Assembly: GCA_036172245.1 (NCBI GenBank)
Contig: JAYWIR010000165.1
Location: forward strand, 1 to 50,966
Length of the DNA: 50,966 bases
Source: Raillietiella orientalis
Taxonomy: Eukaryota
Reading direction: 5' to 3'
Position numbers and translations under genes: made by a program. Below the pieces are notes generated by a model. It made no database searches, had not been told where the DNA came from, and saw only the letters and a program-made list of their open reading frames with translations. How positions within the stretch are numbered: position 1 is the stretch's first letter; every line of letters starts with the position of its first letter. Below are positions 10,127 through 23,200 of this stretch, in pieces.

Positions 10127-13100
10127 GTGGCACTTTGGACTCTGTCTTGTTTTCATGGTAACCAGTGTCGGACTTACAAGGGGAATATTCTCCTTCGCTC
10201 TCATTCATTATGTGGTTCAACTTTGCACCTTTTGCGGATATGTAGGAAATTAGAAAACAGAAGATTTCACCATTGCACTTTTGCGCCTCTTCAGGAAGCA
10301 TCCTTTTGCAGTGAGTGGCAAATCACTTTCATGGAGAGCCGAAAGCCCTTGCAATTTCTGCTTGAAGAGGATGATTAAGAAGAGTTCCAAATTTCATTAG
10401 GGCGTGGCACTTTGGACTCTGTCTTGTTTTCATGGTAACCAGTGTCGGACTCAAAAGGTTAATATTCTCCTTCGCTCTCATTCATTATGTGGTCCAACTT
10501 CGCAGCTTTTCGGGATTTGTAAACAATTAGAAAACAGAAGATTTCACCATTGCACTTTTGCGCCTCTTCAAGAAGCATCCATTTGCAGAGAGTGGCAAAT
10601 CCCTTTCATGGAGAGCCGAAAGCCCTTCCAATTTCTGCTTTCAGAGGATGATTAAGAAGAGTTCGAAATTTCATTAGGGCGTGGCACTTTGGACTCTGTC
10701 TTGTTTTCATGGTAACCAGTGTCGGACTTACAAAGGGAATATTCTCCTTCGCTCTCATTCATTATGTGGTCCAACTTTGCAGCTTTTGCGGATATGTAAG
10801 AAATTAGAAAACAGAAGATTTCACCATTGCACTTTTGCGCCTCTTCGCGAAGCATCCTTTTGCAGTGAGTGGCAATCCTTTTCATGGAGAGCCGAAAGCC
10901 TTTCCAATTTCTGCTTTCAGCGGATGATTAAGAAGAGTTCGAAATTTCATTAGGGAGTGGCACTTTGGACCCTGTCTTGTTTTCATGTTAATCAATGTCG
11001 GACTTACAAAGGGAATATTCTCCTTCGCTCTCATTCATTATGCGGTCCAGCTTTGCAGCTTTTGGGGATATGAAAGAAATTAGAATACAGAAGATTTCAC
11101 CATTGCACTTTTGAGCCTCTTCAAGAAGTCTCCTTTTGCAGTGAGTAGCAAATTCCCGTCATGGAGTGCCGCAAGCCCTTCCAATTTTCTGCTTTCAGAG
11201 GATGATTAAGAAGAGTTCGAAATTTCATTTGGGCGTGGCACTTTGGACTCTGTCTTGTTTTCATGGTAACCAGTGTCGGACTTACAAAGGGAATATTCTC
11301 CTTCGCTCTCATTCATTATGTGGTCCAACTTTGCAGCTTTTGCGGATATGTAAGAAATTAGAAAACAGAAGATTTCACCATTGCACTTTTGCGCCTCTTC
11401 GCGAAGCATCCTTTTGCAGTGAGTGGCAATCCTTTTCATGGAGAGCCGAAAGCCTTTCCAATTTCTGCTTTCAGCGGATGATTAAGAAGAGTTCGAAATT
11501 TCATTAGGGAGTGGCAGTTTGGACTCTGTCTTGTTTTCATGTTAATCAATGTCGGACTTACAAAGGGAATATTCTCCTTCGCTCTCATTCATTATGCGGT
11601 CCAGCTTTGCAGCTTTTGGGGATATGAAAGAAATTAGAATACAGAAGATTTCACCATTGCACTTTTGAGCCTCTTCAAGAAGTCTCCTTTTGCAGTGAGT
11701 AGCAAATTCCCGTCATGGAGTGCCGCAAGCCCTTCCAATTTTCTTCTTCCAGAGGATGATTAAGAAGAGTTCGAAATTTCATTTGGGCGTGGCACTTTGG
11801 ACTCTGTCTTGTTTCCATGGTAACCAGTGTCGGACTTTCAAGAGGAATATTCTCCTTCGCTCTCATTCATTATCTGGTCCAAATTTGCAGCTTTTGCGGA
11901 TATGTAAGAAATTAGAAAACAAAAGATTTCACGATTGCACTTTTGCGCCTCTTCACGAAGCATCCTTTTGCAATGAGTGGCAAATCCCTATCATGGAGAG
12001 CCGCAAGCGCTTACAATCTCTGCTTTCAGAGGATGATTAAGAAGAGTTCGAAATTTCATTAGGGAGTGGCACTTTGGAGTCTGTCTTGTTTTCATGGTAA
12101 CCAGTGTCGGACTCAAAAGGTTAATATTCTCCTTCGCTCTCATTCATTATGTGGTCCAACTTCGCAGCTTTTCGGGATTTGTAAACAATTACAAAACAGA
12201 AGATTTCAACATTGCACTTTTGCGCTTCTTCAAGAAGCATTCATTTGCAGTTTGTGGCAAATCCCTTTCATGGAGAGCCGAAAGCCCTTCCAATTTCTGC
12301 TTTCAGAGGATGATTAAGAAGAGTTCGAAATTTCATTAGGGCGTGGCACTTTGGACTCTGTCTTGTTTTCATGGTAACCAGTGTCGGACTTACAAGGGGA
12401 ATATTCTCCTTCGCTCTCATTCATTATGTGATCCAACTTTGCAGCTTTTGCGGATATGTAAGAAATTAGAAAACAGAAGATTTCACCATTGCACTTTTGC
12501 GCCTCTTCACGAAGCATCCTTTTGCAGTGAGTGGCAAATCCCTTTCATGGAGAGCCGCAAGGCCTTCAAATTTTCTGCTTTCAGTGGATGATTAAGAAGA
12601 GTTCAAAATTTCATTAGGGCGTGGCACTTTGGTCTCTATCTTGTTTTCATGGTAACCAGTGTCGGACTTACAAGGGGAATATTCTACTTCGCTCTCATTC
12701 ATTATGCGGTCGAACTTTGAAGCTTTTCGGGATTTGTAATCAATTAGAAAACAGAAGATTTCACCATTGCACTTTTGCGCCTCTTCAAGAAGCATCCTTT
12801 TGCAGTGAGTGGCAAATCCCTTTCATGGAGAGCCGCAAGCCCTTCCAATTTTCTGCTTTCAGAGGATGATTAAGAAGAGTTCGAAATTTCATTAGGGCGT
12901 GGCACTTTGGACTCTGTCTTGTTTTCATGGTAACCAGTGTCGGACTTACAAAGGGAATATTCTCCTTCGCTCTCATTCATTATGTGGTCCAACTTTGCAG
13001 CTTTTGCGGATATGTAAGAAATTAGAAAACAGAAGATTTCACCATTGCACTTTTGCGCCTCTTCGCGAAGCATCCTTTTGCAGTGAGTGGCAATCCTTTT

Positions 13101-14283
13101 CATGGAGAGCCGAAAGCCTTTCCAATTTCTGCTTTCAGCGGATGATTAAGAAGAGTTCGAAATTTCATTAGGGAGTGGCACTTTGGACCCTGTTTTGTTT
13201 TCATGTTAATCAATGTCGGACTTACAAAGGGAATATTCTCCTTCGCTCTCATTCATTATGCGGTCCAGCTTTGCAGCTTTTGGGGATATGAAAGAAATTA
13301 GAATACAGAAGATTTCACCATTGCACTTTTGAGCCTCTTCAAGAAGTCTCCTTTTGCAGTGAGTAGCAAATTCCCGTCATGGAGTGCCGCAAGCCCTTCC
13401 AATTTTCTTCTTCCAGAGGATGATTAAGAAGAGTTCGAAATTTCATTTGGGCGTGGCACTTTGGACTCTGTCTTGTTTCCATGGTAACCAGTGTCGGACT
13501 TTCAAGAGGAATATTCTCCTTCGCTCTCATTCATTATGTGGTCCAACTTTGCAGCTTTTGCGGATATGTAAGAAATTAGAAAACAAAAGATTTCACGATT
13601 GCACTTTTGCGCCTCTTCACGAAGCATCCTTTTGCAATGAGTGGCAAATCCCTATCATGGAGAGCCGCAAGCGCTTACAATCTCTGCTTTCAGAGGATGA
13701 TTAAGAAGAGTTCGAAATTTCATTAGGGAGTGGCACTTTGGACTCTGTCTTGTTTTCATGGTAACCAGTGTCGGACTCAAAAGGTTAATATTCTCCTTCG
13801 CTCTCATTCATTATGTGGTCCAACTTCGCAGCTTTTCGGGATTTGTAAACAATTACAAAACAGAAGATTTCAACATTGCACTTTTGCGCTTCTTCAAGAA
13901 GCATTCATTTGCAGTTTGTGGCAAATCCCTTTCATGGAGAGCCGAAAGCCCTTCCAATTTCTGCTTTCAGAGGATGATTAAGAAGAGTTCCAAATTTCAT
14001 TAGGGCGTGGCACTTTGGACTCTGTCTTGTTTTCATGGTAACCAGTGTCGGACTTACAAGGGGAATATTCTCCTTCGCTCTCATTCATTATGTGGTTCAA
14101 CTTTGCAGCTTTTGCGGATATGTAAGAAATTAGAAAACAGAAGATTTCACCATTGCACTTTTGCGCCTCTTCACGAAGCATCCTTTTGCAGTGAGTGGCA
14201 AATCCCTTTCATGGAGAGCCGAAAGCCCTTCCAATTTCTGCTTTCAGAGGATGATTAAGAAGAGTTCGAAATTTCATTAGGGC
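10127..14283 (+). repeat. Transitional HOR zone: duplicated monomer (9850/10127), duplicated dimer (10681/11235, 554 bp), 6-mer periodicity (11235/12899, 1664 bp)
   Basis: The same diagnostic monomer types as the 8-mer in a rearranged order. ORF-track offsets 11206/12870, 11720/13384 and 12066/13730 all equal 1664. Confidence 0.85.
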
Positions 14284-17200
14284 GTGGCACTTTGGACTCT
14301 GTCTTGTTTTCATGGTAACCAGTGTCGGACTCAAAAGGTTAATATTCTCCTTCGCTCTCATTCATTATGTGGTCCAACTTTGCAGCTTTTGGGGATATGT
14401 AAGAAATTAGAAAACAGAAGATTTCACCATTGCACTTTTGCGCCTCTTCACGAAGCATCCTTTTGCAGTGAGTGGCAAATCCCTTTCATGGAGAGCCGAA
14501 AGCCCTTCCAATTTCTGCTTTCAGAGGATGATTAAGAAGAGTTCGAAATTTCATTAGGGCGTGGCACTTTGGACTCTGTCTTGTTTTCATGGTAACCAGT
14601 GTCGGACTTACAAGGGGAATATTCTCCTTCCCTCTCATTCATTATGTGGTCCAACTTTGCAGCTTTTGCGGATATGTAAGAAATTAGAAAACAGAAGATT
14701 TCACCATTGCACTTTTGCGCCTCTTCACGAAGCATCCTTTTGCAGTGAGTGGCAAATCCTTTTCATGGAGAGCCGAAAGCCCTTCCAATTTCTGCTTTCA
14801 GCGGATGATTAAGAAGAGTTCGAAATTTCATTAGGGAGTGGCACTTTGGACTCTGTCTTGTTTTCATGGTAACCAGTGTCGGACTTACAAAGGGAATATT
14901 CTCCTTCGCTCTCATTCATTATGCGGTCCAACTTTGCAGCTTTTGCGGATATGTAAGAAATTAGAAAACAGAAGATTTCACCATTGCACTTTTGCGCCTC
15001 TTCGCGAAGGATCCTTTTGCAGTGAGTGGCAATCCTTTTCATGGAGAGCCGAAAGCCATTCCAATTTCTGCTTTCAGAGGACGATTAAGAAGAGTTCGAA
15101 ATTTCATTAGGGAGTGGCACTTTCGACTCTTTCTTGTTTTCATGGTAACCAGTGTCGGACTCAAAAGGTTAATATTCTCCTTCGCTCTCATTCATTATGT
15201 GGTCCAACTTCGCAGCTTTTCGGGATTTGTAAACAATTAGAAAACAGAAGATTTCACCATTGCACTTTTGCGCCTCTTGAAGAAGCATCCATTTCCAGTG
15301 AGTGGGAAATCCCTTTCATGGAGAGCCGAAAGCCCTTCCAATTTCTGCTTTCAGAGGATGATTAAGAAGAGTTCGAAATTTCATTAGGGCGTGGCACTTT
15401 GGACTCTGTCTTGTTTTCATGGTAACCAATGTCGGACTTACAAAGGGAATATTCTCCTTCGCTCTCATTCATTATGTGGTCCAGCTTTGCAGCTTTTGGG
15501 GATATGAAAGAAATTAGAATACAGAAGATTTCACCATTGCACTTTTGAGCCTCTTCAAGAAGCCTCCTTTTGCAGTGAGTGGCAAATTCCCTTCATGGAG
15601 AGCCGCAAACCCTTCCAATTTTCTGCTTTCAGAGGATGATTAAGAAGAGTTCGAAATTTCATTATGGGCGTGGCACTTTGGACTCTGTCTTGTTTTCATG
15701 GTAACCAGTGTCGGACTTACAAGGGGAATATTCTCCTTCGCTCTCATTCATTATGTGGTCCAAATTTGCAGCTTTTGCGGATATGTAAGAAATTAGAAAA
15801 CAGAAGATTTCACCATTGCACTTTTGCGCCTCTTCACGAAGCATCCTTTTGCAATGAGTGGCAAATCCCTATCATGGAGAGCCGCAAGCGCTTACAATCT
15901 CTGCTTTCAGAGGATGATTAAGAAGAGTTCCAAATTTCATTAGGGAGTGGCACTTTGGAGTCTGTCTTGTTTTCATGGTAACCAGTGTCGGACTCAAAAG
16001 GTTAATATTCTCCTTCGCTCTCATTCATTATGTGGTCCAACTTCGCAGCTTTTCGGGATTGGTAAACAATTAGAAAACAGAAGATTTCACCATTGCACTT
16101 TTGCGCCTCTTGAAGAAGCATCCATTTCCAGTGAGTGGGAAATCCCTTTCATGGAGAGCCGAAAGCCCTTCCAATTTCTGCTTTCAGAGGATGATTAAGA
16201 AGAGTTCGAAATTTCATTAGGGCGTGGCACTTTGTACTCTGTCTTGTTTTCATGGTAACCAGTGTCGGACTTACAAAGGGAATATTCTCCTTCGCTCTCA
16301 TTCATTATCTGGTCCAACTTTGCAGCTTTTGGGGATATGAAAGAAATTAGAATACAGAAGATTTCACCATTGCACTTTTGAGCCTCTTCAAGAAGCATTT
16401 TTTTGCAGTGAGTAGCAAATTCCCGTCATGGAGTGCCGCAAGCCCTTCCAATTTTCTGCTTTCAGAGGATGATTAAGAAGAGTTCGAAATTTCATTAGGG
16501 CGTGGCACTTTGGACTCTGTCTTGTTTTCATGGTAACCAGTGTCGGACTTACAAAGGGAATATTCTCCTTCGCTCTCATTCATTATGTGATCCAACTTTG
16601 CAGCTTTTCGGGATTTGTAAACAATTAGAAAACAGAAGATTTCACCATTGCACTTTTGCGCCTCTTCACGAAGCATCCTTTTGCAGTGAGTGGCAAATCC
16701 CTTTCATGGAGAGCCGAAAGCCCTTCCAATTTCTGCTTTCAGAGGATGATTAAGAAGAGTTCGAAATTTCATTAGGGCGTGGCACTTTGGACTCTGTCTT
16801 GTTTTCATGGTAACCAGTGTCGGACTTACAAGGGGAATATTCTCCTTCGCTCTCATTCATTATGTGATCCAACTTTGCAGCTTTTGCGGATATGTAAGAA
16901 ATTAGAAAACAGAAGATTTCACCATTGCACTTTTGCGCCTCTTCAAGAAGCATCCTTTTGCAGTGAGTGGCAAATCCCTTTCATGGAGAGCCGAAAGCCC
17001 TTCCAATTTCTGCTTTCAGAGGATGATTAAGAAGAGTTCGAAATTTCATTAGGGAGTGGCACTTTCGACTCTGTCTTGTTTTCATGGTAACCAGTGTCGG
17101 ACTTACAAAGGGAATATTCTCCTTCGCTCTCATTCATTATGTGGTCCAACTTCGCAGCTTTTCGGGATTTGTAAACAATTAGAAAACAGAAGATTTCAAC

Positions 17201-20200
17201 ATTGCACTTTTGCGCCTCTTCACGAAGCATCCTTTTGCAGTGAGTGGGAAATCCCTTTCATGGAGAGCCGAAAGCCCTTCCAATTTCTGCTTTCAGAGGA
17301 TGATTAAGAAGAGTTCCAAATTTCATTAGGGCGTGGCACTTTGGACTCTGTCTTGTTTTCATGGTAACCAGTGTCGGACTCAAAAGGTTAATATTCTCCT
17401 TCGCTCTCATTCATTATGTGGTCCAACTTCGCAGCTTTTCGGGATTTGTAAACAATTAGAAAACAGAAGATTTCACCATTGCACTTTTGCGCCTCTTCAA
17501 GAAGCATCCATTTCCAGTGAGTGGGAAATCCCTTTCATGGTGAGCCGAAAGCCCTTCCAATTTTCTGCTTTCAGAGGATGATTAAGAAGAGTTCGAAATA
17601 TCATTCGGGTTTGGCAGTTTGGACTCTGTCTTGTTTTCATGGTAACCAGTGTCGGACTTACAAAGGGAATATTCTCCTTCGCTCTCATTCATTATGTGGT
17701 CCAACTTTGCAGCTTTTGCGGATATGTAAGAAATTAGAAAACAGAAGATTTCACCATTGCACTTTTGCGCCTCTTCACGAAGCATCCTTTTGCAGTGAGT
17801 GGCAAATCCTTTTCATGGAGAGCCGAAAGCCCTTCCAATTTCTGCTTTCAGCGGATGATTAAGAAGAGTTCGAAATTTCATTAGGGAGTGGCACTTTGGA
17901 CTCTGTCTTGTTTTCATGGTAACCAATGTCGGACTTACAAAGGGAATATTCTCCTTAGCTCTCATTTATTATGTGGTCCAACTTTGCAGCTTTTGCGGAT
18001 ATGTAAGAAATTAGAAAACAGAAGATTTCACCATTGCACTTTTGCGCCTCTTCACGAAGCATCTTTTTGCAGTGAGTGGCAAATCACTTTCATGGAGAGC
18101 CGAAAGCCCTTGCAATTTCTGCTTGAAGAGGATGATTAACAAGAGTTCCAAATTTCATTAGGGCGTGGCACTTTCGACTCTGTCTTGTTGTCATGGTAAC
18201 CAATGTCGGACTTACAAGGGGAATATTCTCCTTTGCTCTCATTCATTATGTGGTCCAACTTTGCAGCTTTTGCGGATATGTAAGAAATTAGAATACAGAA
18301 GATTTCACCATTGCACTTTTGCGCCTCTTGAAGAAGCATCCATTTCCAGTGAGTGGGAAATCCCTTTCATGGAGAGCCGAAAGCCCTTCCAATTTCTGCT
18401 TTCAGAGGATGATTAAGAAGAGTTCGAAACTTCATTAGGGCGTGGCACCTTGGACTCTGTCTTGTTTTCATGGTAACCAGTGTCGGACTCAACAGGTTAA
18501 TATTCTCCTTCGCTCTCATTCATTATGTGGTCCAACTTTGCAGCTTTTCGAAATTTGTAAACAATTAGAAAACATAAGATTTCACCATTGCACTTTTGCG
18601 CCTCTTCAAGAAGCATCCATTTGTAGTGAGTGGCAAATCCCTTTCATGGAGAGCCGAAAGCCCTTCCAATTTCTGCTTTCAGAGGATGATTAAGAAGAGT
18701 TCGAAATTTTATTAGGGCGTCGCACTTTCGACTCTGTCCTGTTTTCATGGTAACCAGTGTCGGACTTACAAAGGGAATATTCTCCTTCGCTCTCTTTCAT
18801 TATGCGGTGCAACTTTGCAGCTTTTGAAGATATGGAAGAAATTAGAATACAGAAGATTTCACCATTGCTCTTTTGAGCCTCTTCAAGAAGCATCCTTTTG
18901 CAGTGAGTAGCAAATTCCCGTCATGGAGTGCCGCAAGCCCTTCCAATTTTCTGCTTTCAGAGGATGATTAAGAAGAGTTCGAAATTTCATTTGGGCGTGG
19001 CACTTTGGACTCTGTCTTGTTTTCATGGTAAGCAGTGTCGGACTTACAAAGGGAATATTCTCCTTCGCTCTCATTCATTTTTTCATCAAACTTCGCAGCT
19101 TTTCGGGATTTGTAAACAATTAGAAAACAGAAGATTTCAACATTGCACTTTTGCGCCTCTTCACGAAGCATCCTTTTGCAGTGAGTGGGAAATCCCTTTC
19201 ATTGAGAGCCGAAAGCCCTTCCAATTTCTGCTCTCAGAGGATGATTAAGAAGAGTTCCAAATTTCATTTGCGCGTGGCACTTTGGACTCTGTCTTGTTTT
19301 CATGGTAACCAGTGTCGGTCTCAAAAGGTTAATATTCTCCTCCGCTCTCATTCATTATGTGGTCCAACTTCGCAGCTTTTCGGGATTGGTAAACAATTAA
19401 AAAACAGAAGATTTCACCATTGCACTTTTGCGCCTCTTAAGAAGCATCCATTTCCAGTGAGTGGGAAATCCCTTTCATGGAGAGCCGAAAGCCCTTCCAA
19501 TTTTCTGCTTTCAGAGGATGATTAAGAAGAGTTCGAAATATCATTTGGGTTTGGCAGTTTGGACTCTGTCTTGTTTTCATGGTAACCAATGTCGGAATTA
19601 CAAATGGAATATTCTCATTCGCTCTCATTCATTATGCGGTCAAACCTTGCAGCTTTTGGGGATATGAAAGAAATTAGAATACAGAAGATTTTACCATTGC
19701 ACTTTTGAGCCTCTTCAAGAAGCATTTTTTTGCAGTGAGTAGCAAATTCCCGTCATGGAGTGCCGCAAGCCCTTCCAATTTTCTGCTTTCAGAGGATGAT
19801 TAAGAAGAGTTCGAAATTTCATTTGTGCGTGGCACTTTGGACTCTGTCTTGTTTTCATGGTAACCAGTGTCGGACTTACAAAGGGAATATTCTCCTTCGC
19901 TCTCATTCATTCTGTTATCAAACTTGGCAGCTTTTCGGGATTTGTAAACAATTAGAAAACAGAAGATTTCAACATTGCACTTTTGCGCCTCTTCACGAAG
20001 CATCCTTTTGCAGTGAGTGGCAATCCCTTTCATGGATAGCCGAAAGCCCTTCCAATTTCTGCTCTCAGAGGATGATTAAGAAGAGTTCCAAATTTCATTA
20101 GGGCGTGGCACTTTGGACTCTGTCTTGTTGTCATAGTAACCAGTGTCGGACTTACAAGGGGAATATTCTCATTCGCTCTCATTCATTTTGTGGTGCAACT

Positions 20201-23200
20201 TTGCAGCTTTTGCGGATATGTAAGAAATTAGAAAACAAAAGATTTCACCATTGCACTTTTGCGCCTCTTGAAGAAGCATCCATTTCCAGTGAGTGGGAAA
20301 TCCGTTTCATGGAGAGCCGAAAGCCCTTCCAATTTCTGCTTTCAGAGGATGATTAAGAAGAGTTCGAAATTTCATTAGGGAGTGGCACTTTCGACTCTGT
20401 CTTGTTTTCATGGTAACCAGTGTCGGACTTACAAAGGGAATATTCTCCTTCGCTCTCATTCATTATTTGGTCAAACTTCGCAGCTTTTCGGGATTTGTAA
20501 ACAATTAGAAAACAGAAGATTTCAACATTGCACTTTTGCGCCTCTTCACGAAGCATCCTTTTGCAGTGAGTGGCAAATCCCTTTCATTGAGAGCCGAAAG
20601 CCCTTCCAATTTCTGCTTTCAGAGGATGATTAAGAAGAGTTCGAAATTTCATTAGGGCGTGGCACTTTGGACTCTGTCTTGTTTTCATGGTAACCAGTGT
20701 CGGACTCAAAAGGTTAATATTCTCCTTCGCTCTCATTCATTATGTGGTCCAACTTCGCAGCTTTTCGGGATTTGTAAACAATTAGAAAACAGAAGATTTC
20801 ACCATTGCAATTTTGCGCCTCTTGAAGAAGCATCCATTTCCAGTGAGTGGGAAATCCCTTTCATGGAGAGCCGAAAGCCCTTCCAATTTTCTGCTTTCAG
20901 AGGATGATTAAGAAGAGTTCGAAATATCATTTGGGTTTGGCAGTTTGGACTCTGTCTTGTTTTCATGGTAACCAGTGTCGGACTTACAAAGGGAATATTC
21001 TCCTTCGCTCTCATTCATTATGTGGTCCAACTTTGCAGCTTTTGCGGATATGTAAGAAATTAGAAAACAGAAGATTTCACCATTGCACTTTTGCGCCTCT
21101 TCACGAAGCATCCTTTTGCAGTGAGTGGCAATCCTTTTCATGGAGAGCCGAAAGCCCTTCCAATTTCTGCTTTCAGCGGATCATTAAGAAGAGTTCGAAA
21201 TTTCATTTGGGAGTGGCACTTTGGACTCTGTCTTGTTTTCATGGTAACCAATGTCGGACTTACAGAGGGAATATTCTCCTTCGCTCTCATTCATTATGTG
21301 GTCCAACTTTGCAGCTTTTGCGGATATGAAAGAAATTATAAAACAAAAGATTTCACCATTGCACTTTTGCGCCTCTTCAAGAAGCATCCTTTTGCAGTGA
21401 GTGGCAAATCCTTTTCATGGAGAGCCGAAAGCCCTTCCAATTTCTGCTTTCAGAGGATGATTAAGAAGAGTTCGAAATTTCATTAGGACGTGGCACTTTG
21501 GACAATGTCTTCTTTTCATGGTAACCAGTATCGGACTTACAAGGGAAATATTCTCCTTCGCTCTCATTCATTCTGTCATCAAACTTCGCAGCTTTTCGGG
21601 ATTTGTAAACAATTAGAAAACAGAAGATTTCAACATTGCACTTTTGCGCCTCTTCACGAAGCATCCTTTTGCAGTGAGTGGGAAATCCCTTTCATGGATA
21701 GCAGAAAGCCCTTCCAATTTCTGCTCTCAGAGGATGATTAAGAAGAGTTCCAAATTTCATTAGGGCGTGGCACTTTGGACTCTGTCTTGTTGTCATAGTA
21801 ACCAGTGTCGGACTTACAAGGGGAATATTCTCATTCGCTCTCATTCATTTTGTGGTGCAACTTTGCAGCTTTTGCGGATATGTAAGAAATTAGAAAACAA
21901 AAGATTTCACCATTGCACTTTTGCGCCTCTTCAAGAAGCATCCTTTTGCAGTGAGTGGCAAATCCTTTTCATGGAGAGCCGAAAGCCCTTCCAATTTCTG
22001 CTTTCAGAGGATGATTAAGAAGAGTTCGAAATTTCATTAGGGAGTGGCACTTTCGACTCTTTCTTGTTTTCATGGTAACCAGTGTCGGACTTACAAAGGG
22101 AATATTCTCCTTCGCTCTCATTCATTATGCGGTCCAACTTTGCAGCTTTTGGGGATATGAAATAAATTAGAATACAGAAGATTTCACCATTGCACTTTTG
22201 AGCCTCTTCAAAAAGCATTTTTTTGCAGTGAGTAGCAAATTCCCGTCATGCAGTGCCGCAAGCCCTTCCAATTTTCTTCTTTCAGAGGATGATTCAGAAG
22301 AGTTTGCAATTTCATTTGGGCGTGGCACTTTGGACTGTGTCTTGCTTTCATGGTAACCAGTGTCCGACTCAAAAGGTTAATATTCTCCTTCGCTCTCATT
22401 CATTATGTGGTCCAACTTCGCAGCTTTTCGGGATTTGTAAACAATTAGAAAACAGAAGAATTCACCATTGCAGTTTTGCGCCTCTTGAAGAAGCATTTAT
22501 TTCCAGTGAGTGGGAAATCCCTTTCATGGAGAGCCGAAAGCCCTTCCAATTTCTGCTTTCAGAGGATGATTAAGAAGAGTTCGAAATTTCATTAGGGCGT
22601 GGCACTTTGGACTCTGTCTTGTTTTCATGGTAACCAGTGTCGGACTCAACAGGTTAATATTCTCCTTCGCTCTCATTCATTTTGTGGTCCAACTTCGCAG
22701 CTTTTCGGGATTTGTAAACAATTAGAAAACAGAAGATTTCACCATTGCACTTTTGCGCTTCTTGAAGAAGCATCCATTTCCAGTGAGTGGGAAATCCGTT
22801 TCATGGAGAGCCGAAAGCCCTTCCAATTTCTGCTTTCAGAGGATGATTAAGAAGAGTTCGAAATTTCATTGGGGAGTGGCACTTTCGACTCTGTCTTGTT
22901 TTCATGGTAACCAGTGTCGGACTTACAAAGGGAATATTCTCCTTCGCTCTCATTCATTCTTTCATCAAACTTCGCAGCTTTTCGGGATTTGTAAACAATT
23001 AGAAAACAGAAGATTTCAACATTGCACTTTTGCGCCTCTTCACGAAGCATCCTTTTGCAGTGAGTGGGAAATCCCTTTCATTGAGAGCCGAAAGCCCTTC
23101 CAATTTCTGCTCTCAGAGGATGATTAAGAAGAGTTCCAAACTTCATTTGCGCGTGGCACTTTGGACTCTGTCTTGTTGTCATGGTAACCAAGGTCGGACT

